In this document: one piece after another, positions 58,506 through 64,000 of the stretch
How positions within the stretch are numbered: the first letter of the stretch is position 1
How the letters are laid out: every line of letters begins with the position of its first letter
Assembly (NCBI GenBank): GCA_963817715.1
Contig: CAWFPG010000009.1
Span: forward strand, 117,574-181,573
Source: an uncultured Gemmatimonadales bacterium
Lineage (GTDB): Bacteria; Gemmatimonadota; Gemmatimonadetes; Gemmatimonadales; GWC2-71-9
Length of the DNA stretch: 64,000 bases
Direction of reading: 5' to 3'
The notes under the pieces: generated by a model
Databases searched by the model: none
The model's input: the letters and a program-made list of their open reading frames with translations, nothing else
What the model was told of the DNA's origin: nothing
Made by a program: the position numbers and the translations under genes

Positions 58506-58849
58506 CGCTGTTCGGTCACCTCGTCGCGACTGGCCAGCAGCCGCTCCGCGAAGTCCTGGCGTTCCTCCAACTCCAGCACCCGGGCCCGCAGCTCATCGAG
58601 CTCGCCGTAGACCTCGGCCGACACCTCGCCGGTGCTCTCCGCCGGGTCCTGGCCGATCCTGGCGGCGAGCGCCTTGGCCACCGGGGAACGCGCCAACACG
58701 ATCACCAACACCACGGCCATCAGCCAGATGGGCACCGCGTCGTCGCCCATCGAGGCCGACGCCGCCGCCAGCGCCCCGCCGATCCCCAATCCGGCGAGCC
58801 CCAGCCCGATGAACGCCGCCGTGCGCCAGTCGTCCTTGTGCTCACTCAT
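58502..58849 (-). CDS. PspB-like small membrane protein, paralog 6 (115 aa)
   Basis: 2 TM segments (..VPIWLMAVVLVIVLA), RSPVAKALAARI, and C-terminal helix ELDELRARVLELEERQDFAERLLAS. Confidence 0.75.
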   Translation of the reverse strand: MSEHKDDWRTAAFIGLGLAGLGIGGALAAASASMGDDAVPIWLMAVVLVIVLARSPVAKALAARIGQDPAESTGEVSAEVYGELDELRARVLELEERQDFAERLLASRDEVTEQR

Positions 58850-59213
58850 GCTGTCCCCCTGACTCTATCGCGGCGGACTCCGAACGCCTCGCCAGCAATC
58901 GCTCGGCGAAATCCTGCCGTTCCTCCATCTCCAGCATCCGGGCCCGCAGATCGTCGAGCTCGGCATACACCTCTTCGGGGACATCGAGCGCGGCGTCGGA
59001 GGGCTCGGCGGCCCCGTGAAGCCGTGCGGCGATCGCCTTGCCGACCGGGCCGCGCATGATCAGGATCGCGGCGACCATCGTGACGCCCCAGATCGGGATC
59101 GCGGCGGGACCGATGATCCCGGTGACCCCGAGGAGTCCGCCCATCACCGCCATCGTTGCGATCGCGAGCCCCAGGAACATCCATCCCGTTCCGCCATCGT
59201 GTCTGGGGTTCAT
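58842..59213 (-). CDS. PspB-like small membrane protein, paralog 5 (123 aa)
   Basis: 2 TM segments (..IPIWGVTMVAAILIM), RGPVGKAIAARL, and ELDDLRARMLEMEERQDFAERLLAR. 8-nt overlap with paralog 6. Confidence 0.75.
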   Translation of the reverse strand: MNPRHDGGTGWMFLGLAIATMAVMGGLLGVTGIIGPAAIPIWGVTMVAAILIMRGPVGKAIAARLHGAAEPSDAALDVPEEVYAELDDLRARMLEMEERQDFAERLLARRSESAAIESGGQHE

Positions 59214-59575
59214 CCCTCACCCTCCTTGCCACTGCGGGAGAGGAGCCGCTCCACGAACTGGACCCGCTCCTCGAGTTCGTACATCCGGTGGTCGGCCACT
59301 TCGAACTCGCCGCTCCCGATCGCCTGTTGTTCCATCATCTCCAGTCGCGCCCGGAGATCCTCCAGCTCGACCCGGAGCTTCCTGTCACCGCCCTCCAGCC
59401 GTCGGGCGATCGCTCGTGCCAGCGGCCAGAGAATGATCACCGCACCGAGCGTCATCGCGACCACGATCAACACCATCGCCTCGGGCGGCATCGTCTCCCA
59501 TGGCGGCAGCGGTCCCGTCTGGGTCACCACCACCGGATCGGGGATGGGCGGAATGTCGGGGATCGCCTGGATCAC
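59210..59575 (-). CDS. PspB-like small membrane protein, paralog 4 (about 121 aa, Pro-rich N-terminus)
   Basis: GTG 59575 (GTGA overlap with the paralog 3 stop; an internal ATG alternative exists). TM segment AMVLIVVAMTLGAVIILWPL, ARAIARRL, ..YELEERVQFVERLLSR. Confidence 0.65.
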   Translation of the reverse strand: MIQAIPDIPPIPDPVVVTQTGPLPPWETMPPEAMVLIVVAMTLGAVIILWPLARAIARRLEGGDRKLRVELEDLRARLEMMEQQAIGSGEFEVADHRMYELEERVQFVERLLSRSGKEGEG

Positions 59576-59955
59576 GACTCCTCCGACGACCGCAACCGTC
59601 CCGGATCGGTGTGCTGGGCCAGCAACCGCTCGGTGAAGTCGAGCCGGTCCTCGATTTCCATCAGCCGCTGGGTCTCGAGCGAGATCTCCTGGAGCCGGTC
59701 CTCGACGTCGGCGAGCCGCACGCCGAGCATCGGGTCGTGCTCCCTCCCGTCCTCGAGCAGGCCGGCGATCGCCTTGCCGACGGGCCCGCGGAAGACCAGC
59801 CAGGACATCGCGATGAGTCCGATCAGACCAGCGCCCACCATCGCGTCGCCCTGACGCGAGATCTCGTCGAGCAGGACCACGAGAAAGGTCCCGGCCATCA
59901 GGATCAGCCCCAGCACCATCACCATGCCGATCACCTTCGACGTTCGAGAGGCCAT
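59572..59955 (-). CDS. PspB-like small membrane protein, paralog 3 (127 aa)
   Basis: 2 TM segments, RGPVGKAIAGLL, ..LMEIEDRLDFTERLLAQ. The start overlaps the paralog 2 stop. Confidence 0.75.
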   Translation of the reverse strand: MASRTSKVIGMVMVLGLILMAGTFLVVLLDEISRQGDAMVGAGLIGLIAMSWLVFRGPVGKAIAGLLEDGREHDPMLGVRLADVEDRLQEISLETQRLMEIEDRLDFTERLLAQHTDPGRLRSSEES

Positions 59956-60230
59956 CAGGTCGTCTCTCCATGCTGGTGGGTGGGCGCATCCGCACGCTGG
60001 GCCAACAGCCGCTCGCTGAAGTCGAGCCGCTCGTGCACCTCGCTCAACTGCTCGTGCACATGGTCGAGCTCGGCGCGCAGGGCATCGACCTCGGCCAGCA
60101 GCCGCGGATCGGCCTCGCCACCGCGACCCGCGATCCGATCGGCCAGCGCCAGCCCGACCGGGCTCTTCACGAGGATCGCCGAGACCGGCACCAGGAACGC
60201 CATGGCCATGATGATGAGGGCGAAGCTCAT
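59955..60230 (-). CDS. PspB-like small membrane protein, paralog 2 (91 aa)
   Basis: MSFALIIMAMAFLVPVSAILV (TM), KSPVGLALADRI, ..LSEVHERLDFSERLLAQ. Confidence 0.75.
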   Translation of the reverse strand: MSFALIIMAMAFLVPVSAILVKSPVGLALADRIAGRGGEADPRLLAEVDALRAELDHVHEQLSEVHERLDFSERLLAQRADAPTHQHGETT

Positions 60231-60231
60231 C

Positions 60232-60501
60232 TCAGCCCTCTCCCTCGGATGGTCGGGCCGGCGGTGCCTCGCTGCCACGCGCCAGCAGCCGCTCGGCAAA
60301 GTCGAGCCGCTCGTGTATCTCACTCACCTCGACCCGTAGCCGGTCGACCTCATCGTACAGCCCCTCATCGATCTCGGGCGCCGGCAACGGCTGCTTGCCG
60401 TGCCGAAGCCGCTCGGCGAGCGCCTTCCCCAGCGGCGAGAACGACAGCATGACCAGGGTGCCCCCACCGAAGAGGAGGATGATGGCAAGGATGTCTTCCA
60501 G
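60232..60501 (-). CDS. PspB-like small membrane protein, paralog 1 (about 89 aa if CTG start)
   Basis: The ATG ORF 60232..60450 lacks the TM. The same frame is open upstream through LEDILAIILLFGGGTLV, with CTG 60501 placed 6 nt after AGGAGG (60508-60513). SPLGKALAERL, ..VSEIHERLDFAERLLAR. Confidence 0.55.
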   Translation of the reverse strand: MEDILAIILLFGGGTLVMLSFSPLGKALAERLRHGKQPLPAPEIDEGLYDEVDRLRVEVSEIHERLDFAERLLARGSEAPPARPSEGEG

Positions 60502-60574
60502 CGGATGCCTCCTGATATGGGAGATGACCGCCCTACGGGGGACAGCGGGCTGATGTTTCAGCCAGAAACGGGCG

Positions 60575-61459
60575 TCAGGACTGGCGCGGCTTGAGCTGGA
60601 CCAGCCGCTCCTTGGCCAGCCGCCGGCCAGTGGGGGTGGCGGCCAGCCCGCCCCCAGCGGTCTCGCGGTAGCGGACGTCCATGTCCCGGCCGATCTTGCC
60701 CATCGTGTCGATCACTTCATCGACCGGGATGGGGAAGCCGACATCGGCCAGCGCCATCTCGATGCCGGCCAGCGCCATCGCCGCCCCGGTGGCATTGCGA
60801 TAGACGCAGGGCACCTCGACCAGGCCGCCCAGGGGATCGCAGACCAGGCCGAGGGTCCCCTGCATGGTGATCGAGACCGCCTGCATCGCCTGCCGCGGGG
60901 TACCCCCGAGCAGCTCGACCCCAGCGGCTGCGGCCATTCCGGCGGCGGCCCCGGTCTCGGCCTGGCAGCCGCCTTCGGCACCCGAGAGCGAAGCCCGGAC
61001 GGCGACCACCGCACCGACCAGTCCGGCCGTGGCCAACGCCCGCACCAGTTCGGCATCGCTCGATCCGTGATGCTTGGCGAGCCCGAGCAGGGTACCCGGC
61101 AGGACCCCGGCCCCGCCGGCGGTCGGGGCGGCGACGATCACCCCCATTGCGGCATTGATCTCCTGCACCGCAAGCGCGGCGGCGAGCGCGTCGACGAACG
61201 CCGTGCCGGCGAGCGGACCGTGGCCGGCCGCGAGCTTGGCGGCGTCGCCGCCGACCAGCCCCGACACCGAGCGGATGTCGCCCTTGATGCCGCGCTCGAC
61301 CGCACCGCGCATCACATCGAGGGCACGCTGGAGCCCGGCCTCGACCTGCTCGCGGGTCCGGAGCCCCTCGTCAGCCTCGGTCCTGAGCGCCAGCTCGCCG
61401 AGGGAGAGCCCAGCCGCCTCAGCTGCCTCGACCGCCTCGAGCACCGAGTCGAACATCAT
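60575..61459 (-). CDS. sdaAA: L-serine dehydratase, iron-sulfur-dependent, alpha subunit
   Basis: 294 aa from ATG 61459 (MMFDSVLEAV..PTAGGAGVLPG..GAEGGCQAE..LVCDPLGGLVEVPC). ATGA overlap with the sdaAB stop. Confidence 0.9.
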   Translation of the reverse strand: MMFDSVLEAVEAAEAAGLSLGELALRTEADEGLRTREQVEAGLQRALDVMRGAVERGIKGDIRSVSGLVGGDAAKLAAGHGPLAGTAFVDALAAALAVQEINAAMGVIVAAPTAGGAGVLPGTLLGLAKHHGSSDAELVRALATAGLVGAVVAVRASLSGAEGGCQAETGAAAGMAAAAGVELLGGTPRQAMQAVSITMQGTLGLVCDPLGGLVEVPCVYRNATGAAMALAGIEMALADVGFPIPVDEVIDTMGKIGRDMDVRYRETAGGGLAATPTGRRLAKERLVQLKPRQS

Positions 61460-62122
61460 GCGACACGCTCCACGACGCGCACCGTCTTGATCGCGGGAAT
61501 GGCAAGGATCCGCTCGATCGCGGCCTGGGCGGGCGGTTCGTCGAGCTCGTAGACATGGATCGCGTCGCCACCCTTCTGGCGGCGCGACACCCGCATGGTG
61601 GCGAGGTTGACGCTTTCGTGGGCCAGCGCGCCAGCGACGCTGGCAACGATGCCGGGCTCGTCGTGCGCCACCGCCACCAGGGTGGTGTAGGCCCCGGTGA
61701 TCTCGACCGGGAAACCGTCGATCGCGGTGACCATGATGCGGCCCGCCCCGAGCGACGAGCCGACGAGGATGGCCGACTTGCCGCCCCGCCACACGGTGAT
61801 CCGGGTGGTGTTGGGATGATGGTCGCCGCGCAGCCTGGTGTTCTCGAAGGTGATCTCGAGGCCGGCGGCCTCGGCGGCGCTGAGCGACTCGCGCAGTCGC
61901 TCGTCGTCGGGCTGGTAGCCCAGCAGCCCGCCGGCGATCGCCCGGTCGGTGCCGTGACCGGTGCCGGTGCGCGCGAACGAGCCGTGGAGCTCGACCTTGG
62001 CCTTGTCGGGCGTGCCGCCCACCAGTGCCCGGGCGATGAGGCCCAGCCGGCAGGCGCCCGCCGTGTGCGACGACGAGGGGCCCGACCATGACCGGGCCGA
62101 TGATGTCGAGGATGGAGACCAC
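61456..62122 (-). CDS. sdaAB: L-serine dehydratase beta subunit, reading frame broken once
   Basis: GTG 62122 gives MVSILDIIGPVMVGP and then goes out of frame. ORF 61456..62022 plus its open upstream frame gives PSSSHTAGACRLGLIARALVGGTPDKAKVELHGSFARTGTGHGTD...ACT-like C-terminus. The break is at the CCCC run (gggg 62077-62080). Length is 667 nt (3n+1). Confidence 0.85.
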
Positions 62123-62124
62123 GC

Positions 62125-62340
62125 TCAGACCAGTTCCGCCGTCGTGATCGCGCCGAGCGAGATGGCAATCTCGGTCTCGTCGTCACCCGATGGCTTGAGG
62201 AAGACCTCATGGGCGGTGGGATGCAGGTCGACGCTGGTGGGCAGGCCGAGCACCTCGGTGCCGTCCTCCAGCACCAGACGCACCGCGCGGTCGTTGCCGC
62301 TGGCAAATCCCAGGATCTCGATCATGGCGTCGAATTGCAT
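62125..62340 (-). CDS. hypothetical small protein (71 aa)
   Basis: ATG 62340 (MQFDAMIEILGFASGNDRAVRLVLEDGTEV...). The stop lies 2 nt before the sdaAB start. Coding-like composition; no family recognised. Confidence 0.5.
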   Translation of the reverse strand: MQFDAMIEILGFASGNDRAVRLVLEDGTEVLGLPTSVDLHPTAHEVFLKPSGDDETEIAISLGAITTAELV

Positions 62341-62372
62341 CGGGGCCTCCTGACCGCGGATACCCATGGAAT

Positions 62373-64000
62373 CTAGCGCGGATTGCCCGGGAGACCTTGA
62401 GGGTCGCCGGGCGAGCCGAATACCTCCCGGCTCCGGACGTTGGCACCCACCCGTTCGATCATGCCTGCCAGGTGCTTCCGGGTCTCCCGCAGGGTGCGTC
62501 GCAGCCCCCACCTGGTCCCCGCCACCGTCGCGCCGGCGAGTCCGGCCAGCGGGAGCACGCCGAAGAGCGGCACCACGAACGCCGCCGCCCCACCCATGCA
62601 GGGCGATGCCGACGCCGGCCGCTCCGCCGATCGTGCCAAGCGCCATCCCGATGCCGGCTCCGATCTTCGCGTTGCGCCCGACACCCGGCCGGATGTCGAC
62701 GGTCACGACCAGTTCGCACCGCTGCGAGTCGCCCGCCACCAACTGCAGGGCCACGCGCAGTTCCCGGACCCCCAGGGCTGAGAGGTGATAGCGGAGCGGG
62801 TTGCTCCCGAGGCTGGCCTCCAATTGCTGGAGCACCCCGACCTCGGGGCAGGAAAAGGTGAGGATCCCGCCGTCGAGGGGGTGACCGCCAATCGTGTCGC
62901 GGAACGGCAGGTTCCAGGGCGCGGCGGGAAGCGTGCGCCCCACCGATTCGAGCACGGCAGCAGGCCGGGCATCGAGGACTCGCGAGACCCGCAGCGAATG
63001 CTCGACGTCGCCGAGCATCACCCGTTCGAGCCGCGAGCCGCCGCCATGGGTCACGACTGGTGTGGCCAGTTCTTCGTCGGTGAGTTCCGCCAGTGCGAGC
63101 TGGATGAACTCCTCGGCGATCCCCGCCTCGACCCCGGCTGCCTCGACATCACCGATCCGATACCCATCGGTGGGTACCGCGGCGTGCAGCCCGGTGGCGA
63201 ATTCCTCGGCCTGCGCGGTGCGCTCACGGATCCGGCGCGACGCGTCGGCCTGCAGTTGGGCGGCACGCAACCACACCCCCTTGGCGGTTTCCTCGCCGAG
63301 GACCCGCTCCGGGACGGCCTGCGGGCCGCTCTGGGCCTGCCGCAATGCGTCGTCGAGCGCCTCGGCAAGCGCCTCCCCGGTCGGGTACCGGGCGGCGGGA
63401 TCCTTGGCGAGGCACCGATCCACGACTGCCACCAGCGAGGCCGGCACACCCGGAGCCAGCCCGCCGAGCGAAGGCGCCTGGGCAGTGGCCTGCATCAACA
63501 GCACGGCCGACGCCTGGGGCGCGTCGAAGGGCAGCCGCCCCGACAGCAACTGGAAGGCGACCACGCCGAGTGAGTAGAGATCCGAGCGACCATCGGCGGC
63601 CCCGCCGCTCACCCGCTCGGGCGCCATGTAGTGGACCGAGCCGAGCACCATCCCGTCGGCGGTCATGCCACTGGCCCGCGCGTCTCGCGCGATGCCGAAG
63701 TCGGTGACCATCACCCGACCGGTGCCGCGCTCGATCATGATGTTCTCGGGCTTGATGTCGCGGTGCACCACCCCGCGGGCATGCGCGTAGGCGAGCGCCC
63801 ACGCCACCTCACGGACGATCCGCACCACGTCGGCCGGTCGGCAGCGGGCCACGCGCGGCAAGCCGCTCGGCCGCGCTCTCGCCATCGATGTATCCCATCG
63901 CGAAGAAGGCGATGCCGTCGATCTCGTCGGCCCGGAAGATCGGCACGATGTTGGGATGCGACAGCTGGGCCGCCGTGCGCGCCTCGCGCACGAACCGCTC
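62373..64000 (-). CDS. Ser/Thr protein kinase with C-terminal membrane anchor, 5' end beyond window, two frame breaks
   Basis: Kinase motifs HRDIKPENIMI, DFGIARD and APERV are in ORF 62125..63885. The upstream part (..LSHPNIVPIF..FFAMGYIDGES) is in ORF 63809..63991, with a break near 63831-63842. The C-terminal TM tail (AAAFVVPLFGVLPLAGLAGATVAG...) is in ORF 62373..62684, with a break at the GGGG run near 62588-62596. Confidence 0.8.

Noticed and set aside
60540-60575. Possible sigma54 (-24/-12) promoter TGGCTGAAACATCAGC upstream of the PspB-like array, by analogy with proteobacterial psp operons.
   Set aside because: The GG-to-GC spacing is off by one relative to TGGCAC-N5-TTGC, and the -12 element is poor. 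No PspF-like activator is nearby. The palindrome GGCTGA-AACA-TCAGCC is more simply a small hairpin after sdaAA.

Overview
Very GC-rich bacterial chromosomal segment. Codon third positions are almost all G/C, and every real gene is shadowed by long spurious ORFs in other frames. All calls are from reading the sequence and ORF track only; no searches were run, and RNA and repeat coordinates are +/-2 nt.

Layout, nt 824-34352: one almost uninterrupted minus-strand block of core genes. In transcription order: promoter, tRNA Thr-Tyr-Gly-Thr, tuf; secE-nusG-rplK-rplA-rplJ-rplL-rpoB-rpoC and a terminator; two accessory lipoprotein genes and a terminator; promoter, rpsL-rpsG-fusA-tuf; S10 and spc operons (rpsJ through secY); adk-map. 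This block is convergent with a truncated IMPase gene at the left edge. The S14 gene is absent from the spc operon.

Layout, nt 34.4-64 kb (more accessory):
- cysS, an MscS-like channel and a VOC/glyoxalase protein.
- Two tandem GWxTD-like paralogs, one fused to a CarboxypepD_reg-like module.
- Tat-PhoD and a di-haem peroxidase.
- A three-gene cell-surface cluster, divergent from an ECF sigma factor and Ser/Thr kinase-TPR pair.
- A DUF1611 gene.
- PspA preceded by a YbjN-like gene and six translationally coupled PspB-like small membrane paralogs. This is the best candidate for an undescribed system.
- Serine dehydratase subunits and a second Ser/Thr kinase that runs off the right edge.

Non-coding signals:
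- A family of intergenic hairpins and arrays built from tandem heptamers: 9 loci with 7 different units.
- REP-like GTCATCCCGAGC...GGGATC hairpins.
- A near-identical tuf duplication.

Caveat: about 16 single-base frame breaks interrupt otherwise conserved genes, including rplF, rpoC and sdaAB. Almost every one I could resolve sits in a short G/C run (a few in other single-base runs). I read them as probable sequencing or assembly indels rather than biology, but they need read-level confirmation.

No transposase, integrase, CRISPR array, rRNA or obvious defence genes were seen. The taxon guess (Gemmatimonadota- or Acidobacteriota-like) is inference only.
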